Shown in pieces: positions 54,695-64,000 of a stretch of DNA of 64,000 bases. Below the pieces are notes generated by a model. The model saw only the letters and a list, made by a program, of their open reading frames with translations, made no database searches and was not told where the DNA came from. This DNA is from Candidatus Uhrbacteria bacterium RIFOXYB12_FULL_58_10 (lineage in GTDB: Bacteria; Patescibacteriota; Patescibacteriia; UBA9934; GWF2-40-263): NCBI GenBank assembly GCA_943354165.1, contig CALRBH010000003.1, positions 5,149 to 69,148 of the forward strand, in the 5' to 3' direction. The translations under genes and the position numbers were made by a program. Position 1 is the stretch's first letter; every line of letters starts with the position of its first letter.

Positions 54695-56008
54695 TCAGAA
54701 GAAGAGGTTACCGCCGAGCACTGAGAGGTTCCTGATGAAGGAACCATCGATGTTCGTGGCCTCGACGTCGTCGTCCCAGACAATGGCGGCATGGTCGTTG
54801 TCTTCTTCGTCAGTGATGTCGATACGAATCGAGTCGTCATCGATGGTACTTGCGCCTGTTGTGTCGACGCGGAGCACATAGGTTTTGGTTTGGCCGGCAC
54901 CGATCTCTTCCGAAGGATGGGACGCATCGTTTCGGAAGTCGATCAGTGCGAAGCCGAGAATCTCGCCGGCGCTGCATGGCTGCAGATCTGGGGTGAGAAA
55001 GGTCCAATCCGCGGCGTCGTCGAGCTTATCGCTCGCGTCGTCATTATTGAACAGTTCCCATTTTGCGGGGTCCGCAAAGTTTTCACATGCGTTCCAATCG
55101 TTGTCTGTAATATCGCTCGCATTGGCCTTGAACATCACCTGATGAAGGGTGACGAATCCGCGGCTGTCGGCGGCGACGTTGAAGCGCAAGGCCTCGTTGA
55201 ATCCCGGCACGGCCGCTCCCGAGGGGGAACCGGACGCGAGCGAGATCGTGGGTTTAGTCTTGCGGATCGTCATCGGCCTTCCGGTGACGTTGGCGTTGAC
55301 CTCTGATTCGGTCAGACGCGTTTCCGAGGTCAGGCCGAACGCTTCGAACGACCCAGGCGATACGGTGTCCAAGACGAGCTGGATCTGATCGCCCGAAGTG
55401 GCTCCCGACGGACCGACGACGTTCGTGTCGATGGTCATGTTGATCCGCGCGTTGCTCGGATCCTGCGGGAGCAGCAGCGACAGGTTGGTGAACCGGACCT
55501 GTCCTTCTGACAGGAATCCCGTCTTCGTCTGCGCGGCACCGCCGGTGTTGGTGTAAGAGATGCGGACCGCCGCAGCGACGTCGTCATCGAAAGTATTCTG
55601 GAACGAGAGTGTGTTCACCACGAATCCTTCAGCAGACGCGTGGAGGAAGAACTTGAGCACGCTCAAGTCCGTCGTGTTTCCGAGAATAATGGATTCTCTC
55701 GGACTGGTCGCATCGAGCGCGGCGGTGATCGGGCTCTCGCCTTCACCTTCGCCTTCACCTTCGCCTTCACCTTCGCCTTCACCTTCGGTGGGGGTCGGGC
55801 ATTGGCTCCGGTTGTCGACGATGCTGTCGTCGAGGCAGACAAAGCGCGTGATCTCGACGATCTCTTGATCGCAGGGATCGACGTCGCACTCAATCTCATT
55901 CTCGCCGCAGTAGCATTCGCGGACGGTCTCGGTCTTTACGACCTCGACGCGTCCGGCGCAAGCGCCAATCAGGGAGGCAATAAACAGAGACATGAAGAGA
56001 TTCTTCAT
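54695..56008 (-). CDS. Surface lipoprotein with (EG)n linker and beta-rich domains
   Basis: Lipobox LIGAC, Cys-rich N-terminus, EGEGEGEGEGEGEGE. Confidence 0.8.
   Translation of the reverse strand: MKNLFMSLFIASLIGACAGRVEVVKTETVRECYCGENEIECDVDPCDQEIVEITRFVCLDDSIVDNRSQCPTPTEGEGEGEGEGEGEGEGESPITAALDATSPRESIILGNTTDLSVLKFFLHASAEGFVVNTLSFQNTFDDDVAAAVRISYTNTGGAAQTKTGFLSEGQVRFTNLSLLLPQDPSNARINMTIDTNVVGPSGATSGDQIQLVLDTVSPGSFEAFGLTSETRLTESEVNANVTGRPMTIRKTKPTISLASGSPSGAAVPGFNEALRFNVAADSRGFVTLHQVMFKANASDITDNDWNACENFADPAKWELFNNDDASDKLDDAADWTFLTPDLQPCSAGEILGFALIDFRNDASHPSEEIGAGQTKTYVLRVDTTGASTIDDDSIRIDITDEEDNDHAAIVWDDDVEATNIDGSFIRNLSVLGGNLFF
55738..55787. repeat. Coding tandem repeat (CGCCTTCACCTT)x4
   Basis: Encodes the EG run on the minus strand. 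Confidence 0.9.
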
Positions 56009-56075
56009 TTTCTTGTCTTTCTCGGCTCAATGGCCGGGGTTTGGTTGGGACAGGACAACTCAATTCTGCCCCTAC

Positions 56076-56104
56076 AATATAGCACTTTTTTGATCTTTTG
56101 TCAA
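56076..56104 (-). promoter_or_regulatory. Sigma70-type promoter
   Basis: Minus strand TTGACA-17 nt-TATATT with TGn. Confidence 0.7.
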
Positions 56105-56138
56105 TGGGAGTTAACAGATATTTTGGCTATGATTAGGC

Positions 56139-56190
56139 AAAAGAAACACCCTCCGTCGCTCGTGTGAGCTAGGGAGGGTGGAGCCAAGTG
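56139..56190 (-). terminator. Terminator module, copy B
   Basis: AAAAGAAA CACCCTCC...GGAGGGTG GAGCCAAGTG. Confidence 0.7.
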
Positions 56191-56208
56191 GCGGCTCAAG
56201 TCTGTCTT

Positions 56209-56894
56209 TCAGCGTGTGCAGCCTTCATCGACCTTGTCGTCGCAGTTGTTGTCGCGGCCGTCACACCGTTCGATGGCTTCGGGGTACATGATGTTGTTGT
56301 AGTCGTTGCAGTTACCTTGGTTTTCCGTGACACCGTCGAGATCATCGTCTCGATCCCGTGATCATTAGCTCGAGAGAGCGGCGGAAGGTGAGTCTGTTAC
56401 CCTCCGCCAGCGGTTGGCGGTCGTTGTCATGTTTCTTCGAGAAGCGCGTTGGCCTCCGCCTGGTTCAGGTTCGCGGTGGCGATGGCCTTCGCGAGATTCG
56501 GAACGATGAACGCGCCGTAGTCCCGGATGTCGTCAGCGAGGCTTGCCCCGCTCACGCCGGAACCGATCACGTAGAACCCATAGGTTGTTTCGTGGATGAG
56601 CTCGTATCCCGTTTGGGCGGCGAGCTTTTCCAGATCATAGAGGTTCCCAGTTCGGGGAATGCCTGCTTTGTCCGTGAAGATCATCATCCCACCCATGATG
56701 GGCAGGTCTACCTCGAAGTACGCGGTAATGACGTCCTCGTAGACGGTCCATCGGATCCGAAGCTTGTCCTGATCCGGGGCACGGAAGACTTCGTCGGGCT
56801 GGCGACACATGTCTTGGCTGAGTCTCTTCCACACGATGAGGAATGTCACCAAGGCAATCAATATCACAGTCAAGAACAATACTACCTGGTTCAT
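56209..56894 (-). pseudogene. Probably frameshifted membrane-anchored gene ending in a MopE-related metal-binding motif
   Basis: 155-aa ORF 56894-56427, then a start-less frame DDDLDGVTENQGNCNDYNNIMYPEAIERCDGRDNNCDDKVDEG ending at TGA 56209. Confidence 0.6.
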
Positions 56895-56979
56895 GTGGAC
56901 TCCTGCTTGGCTAAGACAAAAAGAAAAGCCTGGGATGGGTACCAGGCTTACACCTAACGTTTTTAGCCACCTTTGGCCT

Positions 56980-57213
56980 TCAGGGGCGCGTGTATCGGCG
57001 GAGCGGGATGGAGAGGATGCGACGGCGAAGTTCGCCGTTGTGGAATTCCTTCCTCATCTCGCCGACCTTCGTCCGCACGGTTTGCATGCGGTTGGTGATT
57101 ATGACGATCCCCGCGATGCCGGTCACGACCGTGATGCCGACCGCAACCGTCGCCATGGAAACGAGCACGTCGCGCTTACGCGGCACGACGTCAGAAAAGG
57201 ACAAATCCTGCAT
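56980..57213 (-). CDS. Small single-TM hypothetical protein
   Basis: AGGAGG RBS, one TM segment, downstream hairpin with U-run. Confidence 0.6.
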   Translation of the reverse strand: MQDLSFSDVVPRKRDVLVSMATVAVGITVVTGIAGIVIITNRMQTVRTKVGEMRKEFHNGELRRRILSIPLRRYTRP

Positions 57214-57338
57214 GTAACCTCCTGGAGTGAACCGGCACTCTACCTGTGGACAACGGATCCGTCAATCCACCTTGCTTGTGCGGCATGGTCACGATAGTGT
57301 TCCTTCGGCCCTGTATCACACATTTAAAGGAGGATCAC

Positions 57339-58364
57339 ATGGCTTTGCAGGAGGTTCCGCGTATCGATCTTTCTCTCTTCAACACGCGCACGCGCGCGGG
57401 CCGCCAAAAATGCGGCACTGCCATTCTCGAGAGCTTCGTGGCCTACGGATTCGTACGGATCACCGGGCACCGCATCGGCATGAGTAAGCCGACGGTGCAG
57501 AACGTCTACGAGGAGGCAAAGAAGTACTTCGCCTTGCCGGAAGCGGAAAAGCTGATGCACATGTCGCCGTCCAAGGACTGCCAGGCGGGGTTCGCCCCGT
57601 TTGGACACGAACATGCGAAGGATTCCGCACACGTGGACCTCAAGGAGTTCTTCACCATCGGACAGGAACTCCCCTGGGGTCATCCGGTCCTTGATGACAA
57701 GCTGTACGTGCGGAACATCTGGCCGGACGAAGCGCGCGGCAACGAGAAGTTTCGGAAAGCCTGTCTCGATCTTTACCGAGAAGCCGAACAGCTCGCCGTC
57801 CTTATTCTCGGGTGCTTGTCGCTCGTTCTAGTGGAGGAAGAAGAGTGGCTGTCGTCGATGGTGTATTACGGCGACACCAAGATGCGGGTGATCCACTATC
57901 CGTCGCTTCGCAAGTGTCGAGAGCTACTCCCCGGAAAGGAGATCGATGGGGAGATCCGCTCCTCGCCGCATGAGGACATCAACCTGATCACGATCCTCCC
58001 ATGGGCGACCTCGGAAGGATTGCAGATCCTCACGCGCGAGAACGAGTGGCTGCCGATCCGGACGGAAGGAGAGGAGATGGTGGTGAACGTGGGCGACATG
58101 CTCTCGCGCATTACCAACAACCTGTTGCCGTCAACGACCCATCGAGTGGTGAACCCCGCGGACGAGAACGAGCATCGGCTGTCGATCCCTGTATTCATCC
58201 ATCCGCGACCTCGCGTGAGACTCGCGGTGCCGAAGGCGCTTCAGGATCGACGCCTGCCGTTCCCGCCGATGATCCTTGCCCGCACGTTCCTGTATGAGCG
58301 CTTGGTGGAGATCGGTAACATCGCGGATTCGGGCTTTGACCCTACGTCCTTGGAACGCGAGTAA
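57339..58364 (+). CDS. 2-oxoglutarate/Fe(II) oxygenase, IPNS-like family
   Basis: HED..H facial triad (PHEDINL, STTHRV), RLS; AAGGAGG RBS. Confidence 0.92.
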   Translation: MALQEVPRIDLSLFNTRTRAGRQKCGTAILESFVAYGFVRITGHRIGMSKPTVQNVYEEAKKYFALPEAEKLMHMSPSKDCQAGFAPFGHEHAKDSAHVDLKEFFTIGQELPWGHPVLDDKLYVRNIWPDEARGNEKFRKACLDLYREAEQLAVLILGCLSLVLVEEEEWLSSMVYYGDTKMRVIHYPSLRKCRELLPGKEIDGEIRSSPHEDINLITILPWATSEGLQILTRENEWLPIRTEGEEMVVNVGDMLSRITNNLLPSTTHRVVNPADENEHRLSIPVFIHPRPRVRLAVPKALQDRRLPFPPMILARTFLYERLVEIGNIADSGFDPTSLERE

Positions 58365-58386
58365 TACGCGCCCTTCTGTACGATCG

Positions 58387-58417
58387 CCTCCGTATCCACA
58401 CGGAGGCTCTTTTTTTT
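58387..58417 (+). terminator. Intrinsic terminator
   Basis: GCCTCCGT-atccac-ACGGAGGC then TC and a T-run. Confidence 0.75.
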
Positions 58418-58433
58418 GGTACAATACGATCCT

Positions 58434-58907
58434 ATGAACCTTTCTGTTGGAACGGTCGCTCCGAATTTTTCTCTTTCCGACCAAGACAGCAAGATCCACG
58501 CCCTTTCTGACTACGCGGGGAAGTGGGTATTGCTGTACTTTTATCCGAAAGATGACACGCCTGGCTGCACGATCGAAGCCTGTACGCTCCGGGACTCTTG
58601 GAAAGAATTCGCTCCGCTGAACGCGGTTGTCCTTGGAATGAGCGTGGACTCGCCAAAGAGCCACGCGAAGTTCGTGGAGAAATACAAACTCCCTTTTACC
58701 TTGCTTGCCGATGAGGACAAAAAGGTCGTCGCGGCGTACGGCGTATGGGGAAAGAAGAAATTCATGGGCCGTGAGTACATGGGCATCAACCGCGTCTCCT
58801 ACCTCATCGATCCAGTCGGAACCATCGTGAAGGTCTACGAGACCGTGAAGCCCATGGAACATGCGAGCGAAGTCCTTAAAGATCTGGTAGAATTGCAGAA
58901 AGCCTAA
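58434..58907 (+). CDS. bcp: Peroxiredoxin BCP/PrxQ
   Basis: YFYPKDDTPGCTIEAC. Confidence 0.95.
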   Translation: MNLSVGTVAPNFSLSDQDSKIHALSDYAGKWVLLYFYPKDDTPGCTIEACTLRDSWKEFAPLNAVVLGMSVDSPKSHAKFVEKYKLPFTLLADEDKKVVAAYGVWGKKKFMGREYMGINRVSYLIDPVGTIVKVYETVKPMEHASEVLKDLVELQKA

Positions 58908-58916
58908 CCCCCACGC

Positions 58917-59093
58917 ATGCCGACGAAAAAAGAAGCCCTCAAACAGCGCCTTTCGGTTCTCGAAACCGGGATTGCCCAGGTGATGGAGCGCGTCGCCGGC
59001 ATTAAGGCGCGTATGAAGGACACAAGGGGCCGCATCGTCCGTGATCGGGACGCGCGGAAGATGCAAGCGATCAGAACTAAACTTGGAATCTAG
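58917..59093 (+). CDS. 58-aa basic helical microprotein; absent from the ORF track
   Basis: MPTKKEALKQRLSVLETGIAQVMERVAG...RTKLGI fills the gap; stop 1 nt before the next ATG. Confidence 0.6.
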   Translation: MPTKKEALKQRLSVLETGIAQVMERVAGIKARMKDTRGRIVRDRDARKMQAIRTKLGI

Positions 59094-59094
59094 T

Positions 59095-60198
59095 ATGGCC
59101 GAATCATTGCTCGAAAAAATGAAAGCCGCCCAAGAAGCCGCCAACCAAAAGCGGGCGGAGATGGAATCAAAACAAAAAGCCGAGCAAGAACAGGCTGCTC
59201 TTGAGGCGGCAAAATCTGTGAAAGAAGGTAAACGTTCGGAGTTGTCCGAGCAACAGGGACGCGTGGCTGCGGACGTCGTGAAAGCGGAGATTGCTGCCGC
59301 GGAAGCCGTCGATGTCGTCACGCAGGCAGAACTATTTGCCGCGGACCAAGGGGAACTTGTTGCCGATGAAGTAAAAGAACTGTTGGCGAATGCCAAGGCC
59401 GAGGCCACGGAAGCCAAGGCGATCGTGGAAGCCTTTCGTGGAGAGATGGAAAAGATCAAGGCAGAGCTCGCGCCACTCCTGAAAGAATCCGACCAGGGCG
59501 TTGATGAGGCAAAAGCGGAAGCTGTCGAAGCAAAACCGTCGCCTGGCGATCAATTGATCGCGGACAGGAACGCGTTCTCTGCGGCGATGGACAAGATATT
59601 TCCAGAGCAGCAAGGGCCGGCGGAAGCGACTCCGGAAGGGATTACGTCTGCGGGCGAGGCGTTAAAGGCAGAACGGGCAAAGGTCATGGAATCCGTTGGA
59701 GCGGTGGTTGCAGATGCGATCAAAAACATCGATACCATTCCTGGATCGCAAGCTCGAGATATTTTTATGAACACGATCCGGACATTGAACGCCGCCTCGG
59801 GTCCTGAAAATCGTCCCGACGCGCTTTCACAAGCCGTTGTGGCGGAAGGCCTCGATAAATTTTCTCCGGAGGAGAGTAAGAAGGTCTTGGAACTCGTCGC
59901 ATCACTTGGGAAGCTGCTTAATAAGCGTCGCGCGGAAACCGGTGATGCGTACGCGGACGATCAGGCCGAACTCTATGCGTTGGACGGGCTTGCGGCAGGT
60001 GCGCTCGAAAAGATGAGTAAGGAAGACCTTCAGGCCATTCGCGATAAGGTTGCCAAGGGATTCGATCAGAATAAGAATCGCGCGCCGTACGGAATGACGG
60101 GCGCGGGGACATCGGGATATTTTAAAAAGCAAAACGCCGTGAACAGCGATAGTTTCCTGGAAAATTTCGATCAGTTGATCTTGAAGAAGGCCGCATAA
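59095..60198 (+). CDS. Hypothetical coiled-coil protein
   Basis: Ala/Glu/Lys-rich; start at ATG 59095. Confidence 0.75.
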   Translation: MAESLLEKMKAAQEAANQKRAEMESKQKAEQEQAALEAAKSVKEGKRSELSEQQGRVAADVVKAEIAAAEAVDVVTQAELFAADQGELVADEVKELLANAKAEATEAKAIVEAFRGEMEKIKAELAPLLKESDQGVDEAKAEAVEAKPSPGDQLIADRNAFSAAMDKIFPEQQGPAEATPEGITSAGEALKAERAKVMESVGAVVADAIKNIDTIPGSQARDIFMNTIRTLNAASGPENRPDALSQAVVAEGLDKFSPEESKKVLELVASLGKLLNKRRAETGDAYADDQAELYALDGLAAGALEKMSKEDLQAIRDKVAKGFDQNKNRAPYGMTGAGTSGYFKKQNAVNSDSFLENFDQLILKKAA

Positions 60199-60207
60199 GA
60201 ATCCGTC

Positions 60208-62082
60208 ATGCGCCGTTCCGTAAAACGACTCATCATCACCATTGTCCTCACAGCCCTCGCCGGTACTGTGGGATTTTGGTTCGCGTCCTCATCCAAGAAA
60301 CCTGCCGAACTCGTCACGGAGACCGTTCATATACGCAATCTTGTTCAGACCGTGGAAGCCACAGGAGCGATTGAATCGATCAGCGATGCCTCGCTTTCGT
60401 TCGATCTAAGTGGAACGGTGAAGGAAGTTTTTGTGAAAGTTGGCGATCATGTCGCGCTCAATGATCTTCTTGCCACGCTCGATACGTCAGAACTTGCCGC
60501 GGATGCGGAGAACGCCCGCAAGGCGGTGGAAAGCGCGCAGGCAAACCTTAACGCAAAGAATGCGGGAGCCGCGGATGTGACGGTCGCCATTTCGAGTGCG
60601 GGAGTCGCGGTCGCGCAGGCGAATCTCGCATCCGCAAAAATCGATGTGCAAAATGCCGAGCGAAAGTTGGCGTCGGCAATAACGCTCACGGAATCGGCTG
60701 TCAGACAATCTGAAGCAACGGTTTCAACGCGTCAAACAACACTCGCGAATGCCAAATTAAGCGTGGCACAGGACGAGAAGGAAACGGCCGAGGATTACGT
60801 GACGTCCTTGTATGATGCGGCCATTGCCGTGCGCAGCGGCCTGTCGGACGCCGACCGTGTGCTCGGGATCGACAACAGCCTTGCCACGACGGATTTCAGG
60901 AACGTCCTTTCCGTGACGGACGAGCAAGCGAAAATCAGTGCGGAAAACGCCTACCGCGCAGCAAAGATTACACGGAATGCCGCGGAGACCAAAGTATTTG
61001 CGCTGTCGTTTTCCGCACCCGCTTCTCAAACGAGCACCATCGTTCCGGCGGTTGAAGCCGCATTGAAGGATGCGGAAACCACTCTTCTCGAAACTCGTCG
61101 CGCCCTTGATGGTACCGTTATTGATACGGCAGATTTCAGCTTTACCGATTTGGTGAATTTAAAAACGGCCGTCGATTCCGCCCGCATCAACATCCAAGCG
61201 AAGCGTTCAGTATTGTTGAACGCCCGACAGGCTGTGCAGCGCGCGCGGATAGAGGGGGACGCATCGATTGGAAGCGCCGAGGAATCCGCCGTGGAAGCCG
61301 AACGAGCCTTTACGCAAGCAAAGGCCGATCGCGAGAATTCAATCGTCTCCGCACAGGCTTCCCTCGACGCGGCTCGTTCCGCGCTTGCAGTGCGCGAAGC
61401 GAATCTTTTACAGGATCAGGCGAGACTCACAGAGGCCGCCGCGCGCCCGCGCGCCGTAGATGTTGCCGCGCTCATTGCAGACGTTCAGCGTTCTCAGGCG
61501 TCCTATGAGGCATCGATGGCCCGGCTTGCAAAGGCCGAACTGCATTCGCCGATCGAAGGAACCGTAACGTCTGTGGAAATAGATCCAGGGGAACTCGCGA
61601 GCCCGTCCCTTGCGGCGATTGAGGTCGAGTCCAATGGGGAAGTATTCCGCCTTGTCGTGGACGTGGCAGAGGCCGATATCGCAAAAGTTCAGGTGCCCAA
61701 TTCCGCCGTCATCACTCTCGACGCGTTTGGCGAGGACGTTCTCGTCGTCGGGAACGTGACGAAGATCGATCCGTCAGAGAAGCTTGTTGAGGGAGTCGTA
61801 TTCTATCGGGTGACGTTGGACCTTACGGGAACTCTTCCGTCGGCTGGATTGAAATCTGGGATGTCGGCGAATGTGGTGGTTCAGACAAATGATCGGCAAG
61901 CGGTGGTTGCGGTTCCCCAGCGCGCGGTGCTTGAGCGCGCGGGGAAAAAATATGTGCGCGTATTCAACGGAGCGATCATTGAGCGCACGGTTACGACCGG
62001 ACTTCGCGCGGACAATGGTCTCGTAGAAATCCTCTCCGGACTCTCGGTCGGCGAAACGCTTATCGTGACCGTGCGTAATTAA
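60208..62082 (+). CDS. MacA/HlyD-family adaptor protein with long coiled coil
   Basis: SGTVKEVFVKVGD, SPIEGTV, VAEADIAKV, LKSGMSA. Confidence 0.92.
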   Translation: MRRSVKRLIITIVLTALAGTVGFWFASSSKKPAELVTETVHIRNLVQTVEATGAIESISDASLSFDLSGTVKEVFVKVGDHVALNDLLATLDTSELAADAENARKAVESAQANLNAKNAGAADVTVAISSAGVAVAQANLASAKIDVQNAERKLASAITLTESAVRQSEATVSTRQTTLANAKLSVAQDEKETAEDYVTSLYDAAIAVRSGLSDADRVLGIDNSLATTDFRNVLSVTDEQAKISAENAYRAAKITRNAAETKVFALSFSAPASQTSTIVPAVEAALKDAETTLLETRRALDGTVIDTADFSFTDLVNLKTAVDSARINIQAKRSVLLNARQAVQRARIEGDASIGSAEESAVEAERAFTQAKADRENSIVSAQASLDAARSALAVREANLLQDQARLTEAAARPRAVDVAALIADVQRSQASYEASMARLAKAELHSPIEGTVTSVEIDPGELASPSLAAIEVESNGEVFRLVVDVAEADIAKVQVPNSAVITLDAFGEDVLVVGNVTKIDPSEKLVEGVVFYRVTLDLTGTLPSAGLKSGMSANVVVQTNDRQAVVAVPQRAVLERAGKKYVRVFNGAIIERTVTTGLRADNGLVEILSGLSVGETLIVTVRN

Positions 62083-62083
62083 T

Positions 62084-62797
62084 ATGTCGTCCATTATTCA
62101 CCTGACGAACGTGGTGAAGGAATATGTGAATGGCGACGTGGTGACGCCCGCCCTTCGTGGAATTTCGCTCGATATCGAGGCGGGAGAATATGTCGCCCTC
62201 ATGGGCCCGAGCGGTTCCGGAAAATCGACCCTCATGCACATCATGGGATTTCTTGATCATGCGACGCGCGGAGAATACCTGTTCGAAGGCGGTGACGTTT
62301 CCGTCCTCGATGACGATGCGCTTGCGAGAATGCGCCGTGACCGTGTCGGCTTCGTGTTTCAGGCATTCAACCTGCTTCCAAAGACGAGCGTCCTCGAAAA
62401 CGTCTCCCTTCCTATGATGTATGCGGGGGTCACAAACGGGGAACGTCGTCGTCGGGCCATGGAAGCGATTGAGGAGGTTGGATTAGGACATCGGGTGAAC
62501 TTTCTCTCCAATCAACTCTCCGGAGGAGAAAAGCAGCGTGTGGCGATCGCGCGCGCGATCGTAAACGATCCCGCGGTCATTTTTGCAGATGAACCCACCG
62601 GGAACCTTGATACGAAATCCGGAACTGACGTGCTAAACCTCCTGTCTGACTTAAACAATAAGGGGCGAACGATCGTGATGGTGACGCATGAGACAGAGGC
62701 AGCAGAACATGCAAAAAGAATTGTGCGCATGCGTGACGGACAGCTCCTCTCGGATTTGGTAACACATGATCGACGGACCGGTGGGTATAACAAGTAG
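62084..62797 (+). CDS. ABC transporter ATP-binding protein (MacB/LolD type)
   Basis: GPSGSGKST, LSGGEKQRVAIARA, ADEPTGNLD. Confidence 0.97.
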   Translation: MSSIIHLTNVVKEYVNGDVVTPALRGISLDIEAGEYVALMGPSGSGKSTLMHIMGFLDHATRGEYLFEGGDVSVLDDDALARMRRDRVGFVFQAFNLLPKTSVLENVSLPMMYAGVTNGERRRRAMEAIEEVGLGHRVNFLSNQLSGGEKQRVAIARAIVNDPAVIFADEPTGNLDTKSGTDVLNLLSDLNNKGRTIVMVTHETEAAEHAKRIVRMRDGQLLSDLVTHDRRTGGYNK

Positions 62798-62798
62798 T

Positions 62799-64000
62799 AT
62801 GCATCGAGGCGACCTTCTCAAAACTTCTATAGCCTCCATTCTCCGCAACAAAGCGCGGTCGGTCTTAACGATCCTCGGCATCGTGATCGGTATTGCGGCG
62901 GTAATCCTCATGCTCTCCATTGGGCAGGGGGCGCAGCAGTACATTTTGAACCAGGTTTCAAACCTCGGTTCCGATGTGATCTTCATCGAACCGGCCTCCG
63001 GAGAAGGGACGAACGGTCCGCCGGATCCCTTTGTTGAACAGACCCTCACCATCAAGGACGCTACTGCCCTCGAAAAAAGCCCGTTTTTAGAGGCCGTATC
63101 CGCCGTCTACATTTCGAGCGCTCCCGCGAGTCACGAGGAGACAAGTAAGTTCGCCCAGATCGCTGGCGTGGACGAGGATTATCTGAAAATTTTTCCTGCA
63201 GACATCGGATTTGGAAGATTTCTGGATGCATCAGACGTTTCTTCCCATGCAAAAGTGGCCGTCCTTGGGATAAAAACCGCGAAGGATCTGTTCGGAGACC
63301 AGGATCCCATCGGGGGACGGATACAAATTAAGAATACGACGCTGCGGGTGATCGGGGTTTTCACGGAACTTGGGACGCAATTCTTCCAGAACTTGGATGA
63401 ACGAATTGTCATTCCGGTGACGACGGCCACCCGCGACATCTTTGGGGCAGACAACGTAAGTTTTATTTCGGCGAGAGCTTCGGGAGACATCGAACTCGCC
63501 AAGGAAGAAACCCAGTTTATCTTGCGTGACCGTCATAACATCAATAATCCCTCTGGCGATGTAGGGAAGGACGACTTCGCCGTCTCGTCGCAGAGCGATG
63601 CGGTCGCCACGGTCGCGGTTGTCGGTAACACGTTAAGTATTCTCCTTGCTTCGATCGCCGCGATCAGTCTCGTCGTCGGCGGGATTGGGATTATGAACAT
63701 CATGCTGGTGTCGGTCACCGAGCGCACGAGGGAAATAGGGTTGCGTAAAGCCGTGGGGGCGACGCGACGGGAGATTCTTTTACAGTTCCTCTACGAGGCC
63801 GTGCTCCTGACTTCCTTTGGCGGAGTCGTGGGTGTGGCTCTTGGAGTCGCGGTCTCCTGGACGTCAGCGACGATCGTGGCGCAGTTCGTCGACAAATGGC
63901 AGTACGTCCTCCCACCCGAGGCAATTTTCCTCGGCGTCCTTGTCGCGACGGTTGTGGGGCTCGTTTTCGGTGTCTATCCCGCCCGTCGTGCCGCAAAACT
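62799..64000 (+). CDS. MacB-type ABC permease, runs off the window
   Basis: RSVLTILGIVIGIAAVI; SLVVGGIGIMNIMLVSVTERTREIGLRKAVGA. Confidence 0.95.
   Translation, partial: MHRGDLLKTSIASILRNKARSVLTILGIVIGIAAVILMLSIGQGAQQYILNQVSNLGSDVIFIEPASGEGTNGPPDPFVEQTLTIKDATALEKSPFLEAVSAVYISSAPASHEETSKFAQIAGVDEDYLKIFPADIGFGRFLDASDVSSHAKVAVLGIKTAKDLFGDQDPIGGRIQIKNTTLRVIGVFTELGTQFFQNLDERIVIPVTTATRDIFGADNVSFISARASGDIELAKEETQFILRDRHNINNPSGDVGKDDFAVSSQSDAVATVAVVGNTLSILLASIAAISLVVGGIGIMNIMLVSVTERTREIGLRKAVGATRREILLQFLYEAVLLTSFGGVVGVALGVAVSWTSATIVAQFVDKWQYVLPPEAIFLGVLVATVVGLVFGVYPARRAAK

Noticed and set aside
56209-56360. AAC/GAC-rich stretch as a second DGR template
   Set aside because: No partner repeat seen in the window; the composition is explained by an Asn/Asp-rich MopE-like motif.

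Overview
A 64-kb bacterial chromosomal window using genetic code 11 (TGA stops, tRNA-Trp CCA). The gene complement (archaeal-type UMP kinase, alpha2-type GlyRS, TrmB, DUF4012, many GT2/GT4 genes, few Shine-Dalgarno sites) suggests Patescibacteria/CPR; this is an inference. Most of it is housekeeping or envelope genes: xseAB, pyrH, rplJL, mreB, holB, frr, glyQS, tpiA, four tRNAs, rpmG, engB, mgtE, tdk, ppa, a DEAD-box helicase, fur, bcp and a MacAB-like ABC exporter. Highlights: (1) A complete diversity-generating retroelement (DGR) at about 12.8-16.6 kb. Its 131-bp variable and template repeats differ at 20 positions, all template adenines. (2) The DGR avd gene is antisense, between the template repeat and the RT gene, and appears cut off from its ATG by a G9/C9 homopolymer, a candidate phase-variable switch for the DGR. 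(3) Seven dispersed intergenic inverted arrays of TAGnnAG heptads whose variable bases do not co-vary. (4) A cluster of promoter- and terminator-bounded structured non-coding transcripts at 25.1-27.6 kb. (5) REP-like hairpins around the tRNAs and a GIY-YIG gene. (6) Decaying surface-protein genes at 51-57 kb. All product calls come from motif recognition by eye; no database search was run.
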